61,865 bases of DNA. Source: Chiloscyllium plagiosum (Eukaryota). The notes beneath the pieces were generated by a model. It had not been told where the DNA came from. It was given only the letters and a program-made list of their open reading frames with translations, and made no database searches. The stretch spans positions 2,191,243 to 2,253,107 of the forward strand of contig NC_057753.1 in the NCBI RefSeq assembly GCF_004010195.1, read 5' to 3'. Every line of letters begins with the position of its first letter. Position 1 is the first letter of the stretch. Shown here one piece after another: positions 26,300 through 39,274 of the stretch. The translations under genes were made by a program, and so were the position numbers.

Positions 26300-26745
26300 A
26301 GTGGCTAGCAATGCTGCCTCACAGCAGCAGGGACCCAGGTTCAATTCCACCCTTGGGTGACTGCCTGTGTGGAGTTTGCACATTCTCCACATGTCTGCGT
26401 GGGTTTCCTCTGGGCACTCCAGTTTCCTCCCACAGTCCAAAGATATACAGGTCAGGGTGGACTGGCCATGCTAAATTGCCATCGAGAGTGTTGTGCTGGA
26501 AAAGCACAGCAGGTCAGGCAACATCCGAGGAGCAGGAGAATCAATGTTTCAGGCAAGAGCCCTTCATCGGGTATTGCTAAATTGCCCACACTGTCCAGGG
26601 ATGTGCAGGCTGGGTGGATTAGTCATGGGAATTATAAGGTTACAGGGAGAGACTGGAGGGGGGAAATGGTCTGCTTTTCAGAGGGTCATTGTGGACTCAA
26701 TGGGCCAAAAGGTCTGTTTCCACACTGTAGGGGTACTATGATTCT
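26300..26745 (+). mobile_element. V-SINE interrupted by a 94-bp PLE terminal module (26481-26574)
   Basis: The duplication TGCTAAATTGCC at 26469-26480 and 26575-26586 flanks the insert. Confidence 0.82.
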
Positions 26746-26799
26746 AATTGGAGGCAGCTTCTCTTTCACGCAACCCTGGGAGATCAAGCGCTGTCTGTC

Positions 26800-27255
26800 T
26801 TGCAGCTGCAGTTTCCAAGCCCTGCTATCTGCATGCCTCGGATGGATGGAAGAAAACAAGACCAGAAGAACAAAGGAAGAAAAGGTCAGAGGAACAGAAG
26901 GAAAGAAGAGGATGTGGATCAATGAAGAATGATGGTTCGAAGAAGCGATGGGCAACCAAAAAGGCCCAGTTCTGTGAAACGCAATTACTCCACACAACAG
27001 ACAGCAATCAGCCCGACAAATGATGGGGGGGGTCTGCTACTTATTCTCTTCCCTCTCTCATTAGAGGACTTGAAAAACGAATTCACCGCAAAACTGTCCA
27101 TCACAAAGCCTATCTCGAAATATTCAAGGAACGTTCTGGAAAAGTGGGTGACAGGGAGTTGGTGCGACCCATCAAGGAGGAAGAGGTTAAGACCAGCTTC
27201 AAAGAGATCGATCGCAAGAGTGCAGCCGGGCCAGAGAGGACGAATTTAATTGAAT
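26800..27255 (+). mobile_element. Decayed R2-like (RLE-class) non-LTR retrotransposon fragment
   Basis: Frameshifted KKAQFCETQLLHTTD ... LEDLKNEFTAKLS ... DRELVRPIKEEEVKTSFKEIDRKSAAGPE, resembling R2 RT motifs -1 and 0. Confidence 0.5.
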
Positions 27256-27569
27256 TAACTTTGTTGTCACATTTACCCACGGCAGTAAAGTGAAAAGTTT
27301 ACAAGTGGCCTCTTACGGCGCCATCTTGGGTACCAAGGTATCTCAGTACAGATACTTAAGTACAAATGCTTCAGGAAAAAAAGAAATTTAAAAAAAAAAT
27401 TAAACAGTCCAGCAATAATTTAGAAAAATAGAGAAATATGGGTTCGGAATAAGTCTTTCCAAACTAGACTGCTCTGGGCTTCACTTTGAGGGCAGGAGTC
27501 GGAGTCCACACTGAGGTTGGGAATCCACACTGGCTTTCACCCTGGACATAGCAAAACATTGTTGTTAGG

Positions 27570-27745
27570 TTTGTTCGATTATATGATTTCAGTTTCATCG
27601 CACTGTAATCTTCGGCAATAATTTCTATGCTTTATGATCTTACGCTCCACCACCGCCTGATGAAGGAGCAGCGCTCCGAAAGCTGGTGCTTCCAAATAAA
27701 CCTGTTGGACTAATAACCGGGTGTTGTGTGATTTTTAACTTTGAA
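27570..27745 (+). mobile_element. Penelope-like terminal repeat with hammerhead core
   Basis: CTGATGA-A-GGAGC-AGC-GCTCC-GAAAGCT at 27657-27684; same family as 5610. Confidence 0.7.
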
Positions 27746-28013
27746 TTTGTAATGGGAACAAGAGGAAAGTGTCTCGAACAGAACAGCAGCCTCGTTCATT
27801 TCGTGGGGCATCCATCGAAGGGTAGGAGCCCTTCGCCCAGGACATATGAAGACTCGCAATATGCCCGTCACTGGAACCACTACAAATCTTCTGCAACAGA
27901 TAGCCTGACTCGAGAACCTGAAGTAACTGCGGATGCTGGAAATCAGAAACGAAAACAGAAATTGATGGAGAAGCTGAGCAGGGGCTGGCAGCCTGTGTGG
28001 AGAGAAATCAGGA

Positions 28014-28049
28014 GTTAACTTTTCAGGTCCAGTGACCCTTCCTCAGAAC
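28014..28049 (-). ncRNA. Minimal hammerhead-ribozyme-like motif in a PLE terminus
   Basis: Reverse complement GTT-CTGAGGA-A-GGGTC-ACTG-GACCT-GAAA-AGTT-AAC. Confidence 0.5.
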
Positions 28050-28594
28050 ACTTTACAACTCGCTCAGCTAAGGCTGAGGATGTCTGATGCCATTCTGTAG
28101 GAGACAAGGTGAGGTGCTGACATATGGTAAGAAAATGGTGATGAGAGAAATTTTCTCAACCTTCTAAAATTTTGAAAACCATATAAAGCATATAAAATCA
28201 ATCAAAATGTTTTTGTGTAAAGGCAGTGAATAAGCTACCATTAAGGTATGAGATCATGGGTATTTTATTACAAGAGAGCATAAGTGGTGTTGTTATATAG
28301 TTGCAACAAAGAGCACATCAGTTTTAGTGGATTTCCTTGGACTAACAAACCAGAATGGAACTGCCTGGCTGTACATTTCCTTTGTTTTGAAGAACAGCAT
28401 GATTGGTGAATTGTCCCAGTCCTCGGGTTTCCCCTTAGATGACCCTCTTTCAACCAAGTGGCTGTGGCTTTACTATTTGGAACATTTTAAGAATGTTGAC
28501 TAACAAAATTAAGACTCTTAGAAAGCACCCTATGTGTGTAATTAAATAGCTATATTGTAGGACAGAGAACAAATCAAGATAAAATGAGGGTTTT

Positions 28595-28835
28595 TTAATT
28601 TATTCATGGGAAGAAGGTGTCGCTGGCCATGCCCAGTATTTATTGCCCATCTCTAATTGCCCGGAGGGCAGTTAGGAGCCAACTACATGGTTGTGGGTCT
28701 GGAGTCACATGTAGGCCAGACAAGGTAAGGATGGCAGTTTCCTCCTGTGAAGGACATTAATGAGCCAGATGTTTTGTTTTCCCAACAATCTACAATGGAT
28801 TCACGATCATCATTAAACCCTTAATTCCAGATTTT
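28595..28835 (-). mobile_element. Deu-SINE/SacSINE1-like fragment with LINE-derived tail
   Basis: CTGGAGTCACATGTAGGCCAGAC and TTTATTGCCCATC; a related copy lies at 39085-39230 (+). Confidence 0.55.
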
Positions 28836-28897
28836 ACACCCTTAATTGTGTAATTGTTAAGGCATGTAAAAAGATGGGTGATTCATCATGAGATTAA

Positions 28898-29209
28898 TCA
28901 TGGAATCCCGACAGTGTGGAAGCAGGCCATTCAGCCCATCAAGTGTACACTGACCTTCTGAAGAGCAACCCACCCATACCCTATAACCCTGCAGTCCCCC
29001 AGTCTGGCAATATAAGCAACATCACATGGTCAATCCACCTAACCTGCACATTTTGAGTTGTGGGAAGACATCAGAACACCTGAAGAAACCCTCACCGATA
29101 CAGGGAGAATGTGCAAACTCCAAACAGACAGGTGCCCAAGGATTGGAATTGAACCAGCATCCGTGGTGCTGTTAGGCAGCAGTGCTAACCACTGAACCAT
29201 TGTGCCACC
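28898..29209 (-). mobile_element. HE1-like V-SINE
   Basis: Similar to the other copies. Confidence 0.8.
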
Positions 29210-29711
29210 AGTTATGAATGACAAAGGGTAGATGTGGACAGGTTGATTCCCTTGTGGGTGAGAGGGCATTATTGCAGCGTATCCAAATTAGGACAGAGAT
29301 GAGGAGGAATCTCTTCTCTCAGAGAATTGTGAATCTATAAACATGTTTATTGCAGAGGGGTTGGAAGCTGGGTCATTGAGAATATTGAAGGCTGCGATTG
29401 ACTGATTTAATCAGAAAGGGAATCAGATGTTTTGACAAAATAAACCAGGAACGTGGAGTTGAGGATTATCAGATCATGGCTGATCTCATTGAATAGTGGA
29501 AGACAGTTCAAAACAGAATGTCCTACTTAACTAGTGATTTGTCTCTGAACAGTCTCCAATGCCAAAATATCTTTCCTTAGACAACGGGGCAAGAACTATT
29601 CATGGTATTCAAGCTGTGGTATAATTTGTGCTTTGTTACTGTTATCTAGGCTTTCCTATTTTATACTTCATTCTAATTCTCTGGGGTTTTTCCTGAGTCT
29701 AAGACAATTCT

Positions 29712-30230
29712 GGTCTCCTTCCTATCAGAAAAATGTTGTGAAACTTGAAAAGGTTCAGAAAAGATTTACAAGGATATTGTCATCGTAGGAGGATTTGAGC
29801 TATAGGGAGAGGCTGAACAGGCTGGGGCTGTTTACCCTGGAGCATTGGAGGCTGAGGGGGTGACCTTATAGAGATTTACAAAATTGAGGGGAATTGATAG
29901 GATAAATAGGCAAAGTCTTCTCCCTGGGGTTGGGGAGTCCAGAACTAGAGGGCATATGTTTAGTGTGAGGGGGAAAGAGACCTAAGGGGCAACTTTTTCA
30001 CGCAGAGGGTGGTAGGTGTATGGGATGAGCTGCCAGAGGAAGTGGTGGAGGCTGGTACAATTGCAGCATTTCAAAGGCATCTGGATGGGCATATGAATAG
30101 GAAAGGGTTTAGGGGGATATTGGCCAAGTGCTGGCTAATGGTACTAGATTAGTTTAGGATATCTGATCAGCACGGACAAGTTGGATGAAGGGTTTGTTTC
30201 CGTGCTGTCCATCTCTATGACTCTATGATC
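29712..30230 (+). mobile_element. CR1 3' end
   Basis: KLEKVQKRFTR...FFTQRVVGVWDELP, and a tail ending CTCTATGACTCTATGA. Confidence 0.85.
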
Positions 30231-30269
30231 CTTGGAAGATTATTACTGGTGCATCCGCGATCTCTAGAT

Positions 30270-30915
30270 AATGCCATTTCCTTTGTCTTCTCTATTTTCT
30301 GCTAAATCTGTGTTAACTTGCTGTGATTCATGCAGAACCACCCCTAAATCCCTCTGAACTTCAGCTTTCTGTATTCCTTTCCCGCTTAAATAATATTTAG
30401 CCCCTCTATTCTCCCAAAGCGTGTAAACTCACATTTTTGTATATTCCATCTGCATAGTTGTTACAAACTTATTTAACCTGTCTACTGTATACTTTTACAG
30501 ACTCTCTGTCAACCTTAGCACTTGCTTTCCCACCTATTTTTGTGTCATCCACAAAAGTGGTTGCAGAACATACATTTTCTTCACCAAAATTATGAATATA
30601 CTGTAAATAACTGTGGCCCTGACGCTGAACTGTAAGGCACACCATGAATTATAAGTTGCCATCTTGTAAATGCCATCCTTCTCCCATATCTCTATCTTCT
30701 ATTGATCAATTAATTCACTGACCATGCTAATATGCTCCATCCAACTGCCATGTATCCTTTTTAACAGAATCACCTGATATTTGGCCCTTATCAAACACCT
30801 TTCCTAAATCCAAATATATTATGCTTATTATCATTCGCTATTATGCTTAGTACCTCCTCAAAGAATTCTAATAAATTCATAAATTCAAGAAGTCACGCTG
30901 GCTCTGTGTGATTGT
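30270..30915 (-). mobile_element. Old CR1 RT fragment
   Basis: Degenerate DDTKIGG and VPxxSxxGP segments on the minus strand. Confidence 0.55.
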
Positions 30916-31093
30916 ATTTCAGATGAGGGGATAAGAGGAGTTCATCCCCGTGTGAAATAGTGATTGGCTGAATGTGATTAAAAGTCCTACCACACTCAAA
31001 GAGCTACTGTCAATTTCATAATGAGTTCAATGATTCCGATAGACTTTGATGTTGCTGTTCCCGACTGTAACTCCTGTACTTCCTAACCCTATT

Positions 31094-31825
31094 GGGGTGA
31101 CGCAGTGAGTCAGTGGTTAGCAGTATTGCCTCTCAGTGCCAGAGACATCGGTTCAATTCGAGCTTCAGACTGTCTGTGTGGATGTCTGCACATGCCCCAT
31201 GTGTATGTGTTTTTGCCTGCCTGCTCTGGATTCCTCCCACACTCCAAAAATGTGTAGGTTCGGGTGGATTGGGCACGCTAAATTACCCAAAGTGTCCTGG
31301 GATGTGTAAACACGGTGGATTAGCCTTGGGAAATGCAGGTTTACAGGGTTGGTGGGGGGGAGTGAGTTAGAACATAGAACAGTACAGCCTGCTTCGGCCC
31401 TTGATGTTCAGCTGATCTTTTACCGTACTCTAAGATCCAAACTATCCAATATACCCTTTGTTTTACTATGCTCCATGTTCCTACTAAAGAGTTGCTTAAA
31501 TGTCACTAATGTACCTGACTCTACTACTACCAATGGCAGTGCATTCCACACACCCACCACTCTCTGTGTAAAGAACCAGCCCTTGACATCACCACCAAAC
31601 CTACCTCCAATCACCTTAAAATTATGCCACCCCCATGATAGACATTTCCGCCCTAGCTGTTCACTCTAGCTATGCCTCTCATCATTTTGTACACCTCTAG
31701 CAAATCGCCTGTCACCCTCCTTTGCACCAATGAGAAAAGCCTTATCTCTCTAGTTGGGTGGGATGATCATCGGTGTGGACTTGTGGGCCAAATGGACTCT
31801 TTCCACACTGTCGAGGTCCTATGAT
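31094..31825 (+). mobile_element. V-SINE split by a minus-strand CR1 3' end (about 31369-31752)
   Basis: SINE body to about 31365, then CR1 FFTQRVVGVWNALP on the minus strand; the SINE tail resumes at about 31755. Confidence 0.75.
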
Positions 31826-31879
31826 ATTGTGTCAAAATTTGGCCACATCCATCCCTGTCGGTCCAGCATTGGCTGGATC

Positions 31880-32420
31880 TGTATTTGTGGAATATTTTTG
31901 CCCAAAAATGCATAACCCACCGTCATTCCACGCAAGATTCTGTAAATCCACTTTAGAAATAGAACCAGTATGACTCAAAATTGGGTTGCAGACTTTAACC
32001 TCACACCTTTAATGCATTGTTTGAGCTGAGATGACACCTTTTGTTAGAAATCCAGAAGGTATTTGAGAGTGACTTAAAAGGAGTTCTGTGACTTAGATAA
32101 TCATGAACCGAAGCTGGCACACGTATTCCAAAAGATGAAAGACTTCATCTAATTTTGTTTAATATATTTCAGCTGTAACCTTTTGCTATAAATTCTGTGC
32201 CTTATGGTCCTGCTCCACAACCATCTCATGAAGGGACAGTGCTCCGAAAGCTACTGCTCCAAATGAACCTTTTTTTCAGATTAGATTCCCTACAGTGTGT
32301 GATTTTTAACTTTGTCCACCCCAGTTCGACACCAGCACCTCCAAAGCATTCTAAAAGATGAAAGACTTAAGCTAAATTTGTTTAATATTGCTTTCCATGA
32401 CACTGCAAAACTTGACCACG
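31880..32420 (+). mobile_element. Penelope-like 3' fragment with mutated hammerhead core
   Basis: CTCATGAAGGGACAGTGCTCCGAAAGCTA at about 32225; matches 5500-5690. Confidence 0.6.
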
Positions 32421-32439
32421 TCCATCCCTGACTTTCCAG

Positions 32440-32910
32440 CAGCATTGAGCCAACTCACAGAGGAGAGCCTTGGCTGATTGACGGCACATTGTAGCCTATA
32501 GAGGGTGAAGGGGCGGGGAACGTCCTCCCGCCAATCGCAGTGAATGGGAGGCGGGGCTTGGTTCATAACACGTGAACTAAAGTGTCGTCACGTGATCTCC
32601 CCGCCATCACCGTGCGTCCGCGCAAGCGCCCTGCCGCTGCGCCTGAGGTCCGGGTTGAGCGCTGGAGGAGTGTTAATGTTGAAGGGTCGGGAAGGAAAGA
32701 AACGGCGAGAGTGCAGACCGAGAGGCTTCGCCAACACTCGGTGTAGGCCCCCGACCCGGACTGGAAGCTCCCGGTCCCTGGTTTGCAGGTGAAGGGAAAA
32801 CAGCTGCGGGCCCCGAAGAGGCGACAGGTCCCGGGGTTGCCGTCGCCATATTTGTCGGGGGCAATGTTGTACTGATTATGATGGGTGGCGCCATCTTTAA
32901 AGGGGGCAAG
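32440..32910 (+). promoter_or_regulatory. CpG-island promoter 2 with putative first exon (donor 32788|32789); candidate promoter of ZNF 46015-46887
   Basis: TGATTGACGGCA at 32475, CCAAT at 32531, GC boxes, CACGTG at 32569, GTCACGTGAT at 32587, a CAG|GTGAAG donor, and YY1-like GCCAT(A/C)TTT at 32845 and 32890. Confidence 0.75.
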
Positions 32911-33059
32911 TTGCAGCAGGGTGTATTTTGACTGGTAGGTGGAAGAGGAATGTTTACACACAGCAAACTCAAGCCAAGAGAAATGTATGTTTTTTTTGTA
33001 CAATTTCTACCCTGGACTGGCAATGATGGGATTTTTTTTTTGTAAACACCTTTTTACAG

Positions 33060-33171
33060 GATATTGGAATGAGGAGGATTTGCACATAGGAAAGTCGAAT
33101 CAAAAACTACATCAAGATCTGACAGTGTGGCTCGTCTTCTATCAGGAAGAGAAAAGGCCTTAAAAATTCAG
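33060..33171 (+). other. Putative 5'UTR exon 2 carrying the ZNF leader module
   Basis: TTTTTACAG acceptor and CAG|GTATGG donor. It translates EEDLHIGKSNQKLHQDLT, homologous to the leader at 55003-55111. Confidence 0.55.
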
Positions 33172-33429
33172 GTATGGGTGTAAGTGAACAAGTGCCAAGA
33201 TCTTCCATATCCTAGTTGGACCACACCAGGAGTTCTGGTGGTACTCCTGAGGAAGAATAGTCTGTATTGGCTTGAGAGGAAGCACAGAGCAGGTTTACCA
33301 GAGTGATGCCTTGACTCCCGGGGTTAGATTATGAGATATGGCTGCAAATGTGAGCCATAGTTATTAAATAGCTAAAATATTACCTCAGATTACAACAGAA
33401 TCTTGATCAGATGGGCCAATGGGCTGAGA

Positions 33430-35545
33430 AGTAGCTTGCTCTCTGTTGTCTTTGACCACTTCCGTGTGCTTGTTTTCGGGTAACAGCGCAGCTTCCTGAA
33501 CGGTAATAGCTGGCGGTTTGCCAGCTTCCAGTAACTGAACTGCACTGTTTTGGGGGAGTGTATTTGGATGGCTCGAATGTTGTCCTCTGGGTGACTGGAT
33601 CCATTTTACCTGAGTAGTGTCCCACTTTGTCTCTATGACATTACCTCTAGATTGATTGCCGTTGCTTTCACTGTGAAAGAGGTGAAAGGGCCTTTTCAGT
33701 GCTGATGCGGAGGCCAGTGTCTGTTTGATGTTGACACCTCCTGCTCAGCTCCCCAGTCGATCTTCTCTGAGCTAGCCTGTCACCCTTTGGTAAGGTCATG
33801 CAGGAGTCCAGCTAGCTCGCTATAATTCTTTACACAGCTACTGCAATAATTAAATAGTCCGAAGCTTTGTCTTGCGCCTTTAACAGTAACTTTTCATTTC
33901 TGGTGGAATGCTATGGTTGCCCCGTATTACTGTCCGTTGCTATGGCAACTGGCTGGAGCTTACTGTGCGCCTGTTGAAATCCTTGTCCTTGCATACCTTG
34001 ATGTAGGAACCAAATGTTTTCTGAGTTCTTATTGGGACAGTTCTTGGTGAAATGCCCATCGCTAATGCACACAAAACACACTCCCCTTTTTTTTCCTGTG
34101 ACCCACCGGCTCCCTTTACCAACTACTGCTGGTTTCTTAAGATTTCTATTTCCTGCATCATCGCCCAATTGAATACTTCCTTAATTTGTGTATGTGTTTT
34201 TTCATCCTCCAGTTCTCTCTCCACAATTACTTTTCCCAGTAGCATTGAAATAGCATCAAATGTAGACCCAAAATTTCTAAAGAAAATATCCATCCATTCC
34301 ACGCTACGCAGAATGGGTTAGTTAATATTGATTTACTAAAGATTCCAAAGGAGGTGGGTGTAAACTCTTAATTACATCATCCATCACTCCTCCTCCTGCA
34401 AGAACATAAATGTTACACTTTAACAGAAAAAAGAACACCACCTGTGTTAAATTTGCCTTTTCCAATTCCTCCATGAGGTTCCTCAGATTTTAGACCATAC
34501 CATCGGAATTGTGTTCAGAGAATTAAGTTTCCAAGATACCAAATTTCCTATTATTGGCATTCTTTCACATCAAAGTACCTTTCCAATGAGCAAATCTCAT
34601 GTGTTAAAGTTCATTCTGGCCAGAAAACGAAATTCCAAACACGGTAATTTCTGAAACTAAACTTTACCCAAGTGCAAACACAACACAGAGCCAATTCTAA
34701 AAGATTTTTTTACCAAGCTTTCCCGAATAGACTTTTAAAATCAACATTTCGTTGCTGACTTCTGCTTTGCACAATCACTGATAGTTTCTTGACCAGACAT
34801 TACGTTAACCATACATGTCCCAGACTTAAACAGGTAGAATATACTTTTAAATCACCCATTTGCATATTGGGAACATATGAACTTCAAAGCATTCGCCATA
34901 TCTCTAGCTCCAGGGAATAAAAAACACACAAATTGCACAGGATAACATTTAGGAACCAACAAACCAAGGTGCATTCAAACCAGACCACAAAGAGTTAACC
35001 CTTCTACAAAGTTCAGTGAACTAGCAGAGAATCGGGGTTGCTCTTTCTCTCTCTCGCTCTCACACTTCTGAATGCTGCAGCTTGTTTCTGTGTTTTTTTA
35101 AAACGCTTAGTCAGCAGAATGGACTAGTCTGAACACCACGCCGCTTGCCCACAGTCCTTCCCTGCCATTTTCCCATACTCTCGTTCTTTTAACGTCCCAC
35201 TTCTCTCACGCCAAGAGACTTCTTGCTCCCACCCACTTTTCTCCTCCTTTTCGCGCCTCTTAGCACCAGGACCCACAACCTCTTTTGTTATTTTCATTCC
35301 TCCTATTCACAACCCCTTTCACTATTCCTGTGACCGGACCCCCCCTTTCTTGCTCCAATTTAAGTTTGTTTTGTGCTGTGGCTTATAGAAACCCCCGCCA
35401 CCAAATGTCACATGAACTAAAAGGGTGGTAAATAAACATACTCCCCCAAATCGTGGCCCAAGGTGTGCTGGCTTCAGGCAGATCACCCTGCTCGCAGCAC
35501 CAATCTATTGGAGCGTACCTCCCGACCAGGACAAAGACTGAGGAT
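33430..35545 (-). mobile_element. Decayed LTR retroelement 5' portion (LTR end, PBS, gag zinc knuckle, protease relic)
   Basis: On the minus strand, ...TGTGACA (35412-35406) is followed by PBS-like TGGTGGCGGGGG. CFVCISDGHFTKNC (CX2CX4HX4C) at about 34040-34085; DTG motif at about 33715. Confidence 0.7.
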
Positions 35546-35998
35546 AATAGAATCCCTACAATGTGAAAACAGGCCCTGTGGCCCAACAAGTCCACACTGA
35601 CCCCTGCGAAGAATAACCCACCCATACCCACCTCACATTTATCTGAATTAAACCCCATCTGGTCAACATCCCGTTGTAATCTGAGGTAACCTTCTTCACT
35701 GTCCACGACACATCCAATTTTGGTGTCATCTGCAAACTTACTAATTACAAACTATGTTTACATTGAAATCATTTATATAAATGATGAAATGTAGAGGACC
35801 CAGCACCGATCCTGTGACACTCCACTGGTCACAGGCCTCCAGTCTGAAAAACAACCCTCCACCACCACCCTCTGTCTTCTACCTTTTGAGCCAGTTCTGT
35901 ATCCAAATGGCTAGTTCTCCCTGTATTCCATGAGATATAACCTTGCTAATCAGTCTCCCATGGGGAACCTTGTCAAACGCCTTCCTGAAGTCCATACA

Positions 35999-36702
35999 CA
36001 GGGGAACCTCTGATCCGAACATGATGGGTGGGCATGATTTTGTTCGGATAATTGTTTATTCGGTTAATCGATTTAAATGCCTTTCCTCTGGGACTCGGAG
36101 TTTTTAAAAGTCTGCTCCCCGTTCAGGAGACTACAGCAGCACACAGCATGCGACCCCCTGTCCCCCAACCCCGTGCGACACCGTCCCCTGCCTCCCCAAC
36201 GCTGTGCAACACCTCCCCCGCCTCCTGACCCCGGGCCACACCGTTTCTCCTCCCACCCGCCTCCTGACCCCGTGCCACTCCGTTCCCCCCTCCAACATCT
36301 CCCCTGCCCCCAAAGCCGGCCACCCCGTCCCCCCTCCTCCGGGACAGCTGGTCTGGACACCAGCCACAAGATTGCTGCTGCCTTTGTGGGGTAAGTCTCC
36401 AAATAAAGTGCACACACACGTAGCCACAGCCACACAGACAACGTTTTGACAGGTTCCACCTTTGCCCTGTACGGACAATGTTGGAGAGATTATGTGGGGG
36501 ATTGGATTTAGGGTTCACCCCTGTGTAGAACTCCAGGGAAAGTGTGGGGGGAGAGAGAGAGAGGGCGGGAGGTCAGTCATTTGGAGACGGTGCCTGTTTA
36601 ATCACTGTAAACAAAAGTCGCTATCACTGTTGGAAACACATCTTTGATGTAATGTTTCCATCATGACCTCGAGATCTCCTTCGGATAATCGAGGGTCCTC
36701 TG
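35999..36702. mobile_element. Tc1/mariner-pogo (Tigger-like) non-autonomous DNA transposon inserted in CR1
   Basis: Termini CAGGGGAACCTC ... GAGGGTCCTCTG followed by TA. The CR1 sequence is contiguous across it. Confidence 0.75.
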
Positions 36703-37882
36703 TAGATCACATTCACCGCTCTGCCCTCATCAATCCTCTTTGTTACTTCCTCAAAAAACTCGAATCAAGTTTGTGAGACATGATTTCCCATGCACAAAGC
36801 CATGTTGACTATCCCTAATCAGTGCTTGCCTTTCCAAATACAGGTACATCCTGTCCCTCAGGATTCCCTCCAACGACTTGCCCACCACCGAGGTCAGGCT
36901 CACCAGTCTATAGTTCCCTGGCTTGTGATTACCGCCCTTCTTAAACAGTGGCACTATGTTTGCCAACCTCCAGTCTTCCGGCACCTCATATGTGACTATC
37001 GATGATACAAATATCTCAGCAATATGCGCAGCAGTCACTTCTCTAGCTTCCCACAGAGTCCTGAGGATTTATCCACTTTTATGCATCTCAAGACATCCAG
37101 CACTTCCTCCTCTGTAATATGGACATTTTTCAAGATGTCACCATCTATTTCCCTACATTCTATACCTTCCATGTCCCCCTCCACAGTAAACACTGATGTA
37201 AAATGCACACATAAGCTGCCTTGCTGATCTCCGAGGGGCCCCATTCTCTCCCTAGTTCCTTTTTTATCTGTAATGTACAGTGTTTATAAAATCCTTTGGA
37301 TCTTCCTTAACCCTATTTGCCAAAGCTATTTCATGTTCCCTTTTTGCCCTCCTGATTTCCCTCTTAAGCATAATCCTACTGCCTTTATACTCTTCTAAGG
37401 ATTCACTAAATCTTTCCTGTCTAGACCTATCAGATCTTCCTCCTTTTTCTTAACCAAAACAGTCAATTTCTCGAGTTATCCAGCATTCCCTACCAAAAGA
37501 CCTTATCTATTTATCCTATCCTTGGCCCTCATGGTTTTATAAACCTCAGAAATGTCACCCCTCAGCCTCCAATGCTCCAGGGAAATCAGCCCCAGCCTGT
37601 TCAGCCTCTCCCTATAGCCCAAATCCTCCAACCCTGGCAACATCCTTGTGAATCTTTTCTGAACCCTTTCAAGTTTCACAACCTCTTTCCGATAGGAAGG
37701 AGACCAGAATTGCGCACACTATATTCCAATAGTCGCCTAACCAATGTCCTGTACAGCCGCAACATGACTCCCAACCCCTACACTCAGTGCACTGACCAGC
37801 CAACCAGCCTTGCTTTTCACCCTAACAGAAATATACTGTCTGTGGACTCTCATTATCTCATTTTTGAAGGCTTCCCACTTTT

Positions 37883-38083
37883 AGATTAGATTAGATTACT
37901 TACAGTGTGGAAACAGGCCCTTCAGCCCAACAAGTCCACACCGACCCTCTGAAGAGCAACCCACCCAAACCCTTTGCCCTACATTTACCGCTGATTAATT
38001 TAACATGGCCAATTCACCTAAACTGCACATCTTTGGACTGTGGGAGGAAACCGGAGCACCCCGAGGAAACCCACGCAGACACA
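37883..38083 (-). mobile_element. 5'-truncated V-SINE
   Basis: Tail and part of the V-domain. Confidence 0.8.
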
Positions 38084-38906
38084 GCCAAAATCAGCCTGCC
38101 CCCAATTTAGAACTTCAAGTTCCATCACCATCTATTTCCCCACATTCTGTATCTTCTATGTCATTCTGCACTGTAAACACTGATGCAAAATATTTGTTTA
38201 GTATCTCCCCCATCTCTTGCAGCTCCACAAAAAAGGCCGCCTTGCTGATCTTTGAGGGGCCAAATCCTCTCCCTAGTTATCCTTTTGTCCTTAATGTATT
38301 TGTAAAAACACTTTGGATTCCCTTAACCCTATTTGCCAAAGCTATCTCATGTCCCCTTTTTGCCCTCCTGATTTCTCTCAAGTATGCTCCCACTGCCTTT
38401 ATATTCTTCTAACAATTCATTCGATCTGTCCTGTCTCTACCTGACATGCTTCTTTCTTTCTCTTAACCAAATCCTCAATTTCTCTAGTCATCCAGCATTC
38501 TCTATACCTACAAGTCTTTCCTTTCACTCTAACAGGAGTCCAGAGATAGTATATTCCTGTTACGTCATTTCTGAAGGCTTCGCATTTTCCAGCCGTCCCT
38601 TTACCTGTGAACATGCTGTCCCCAATCAGCTTTTGAAAGTTCTAGCCTCATACTGTCAAAATTAGCCTTCCTCCAATTTCGAACTTCAGCCTTTAGATCT
38701 GGCCTATCCTTTTCCATCACTATTTTAAAACGAATAGAATTATGGTCGCTGGCCCCAAAGTGCTCCCCCACCGACACCTCAGTCACCTGAGCGGCGTTAT
38801 TTCCCAAGAGTAGGTCAGGCTTTGCACCTTTGTCTGGTACACACACAGACACCACCCCCCCCTCAATCTTCTGCACAAAAGTAACAACTTTCTCCTAGCT
38901 CCCATC

Positions 38907-38943
38907 AGTTCTGAAGAAAGGTCACTGGACCTGAAATGTTAAC
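38907..38943 (+). ncRNA. Minimal hammerhead-ribozyme-like motif in a PLE terminus
   Basis: AGTT-CTGAAGA-A-AGGTC-ACTG-GACCT-GAAA-TGTT-AAC: intact CUGANGA and GAAA boxes with a perfect stem II. Confidence 0.55.
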
Positions 38944-39274
38944 AACCGTGGAGAGAGATCAGGTTTGCCAGACCTGCTGGGATCTTCCAGTGATTTCTGG
39001 TTTTGTTTCTGATTCCCGGCACCCGCAGTGCCTTTAGTTCTTGGTTCGCTGATGTCCTGAAACGAAGGATATCTGCTGTCCTTGTCTTCTGCACATGTGA
39101 TTCCAGATCCACAATGTGGTTGACTTTGGACTGTCCTCTGAAGTAACATGGCAAGGCACTCGGTTCAAGGGCCATGAGGACTGGGAATTAAGTGCTGGCC
39201 CAGCAGTAGCCACATCACATGAACAAATCTGAGAAATGCCGATGACAAAAGAAAGTTGCATATCTACGTTTGTG

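Larger units (their letters stand above)
35632..38835 (-). mobile_element. Cluster of CR1 fragments (RT and upstream linker) with nested MITE and SINE
   Basis: VPEDWRLANIVPLFKKG..PGNYRLVSLTSVVGK, DSQHGF and EHFGASDHNSIRF in the ORF track. Confidence 0.88.

Noticed and set aside
36073..36518. GC-rich Pro/Gly-rich ORFs or a fourth CpG-island promoter
   Set aside because: The stretch lies inside a TIR-bounded MITE and lacks the promoter module seen at the three real islands.
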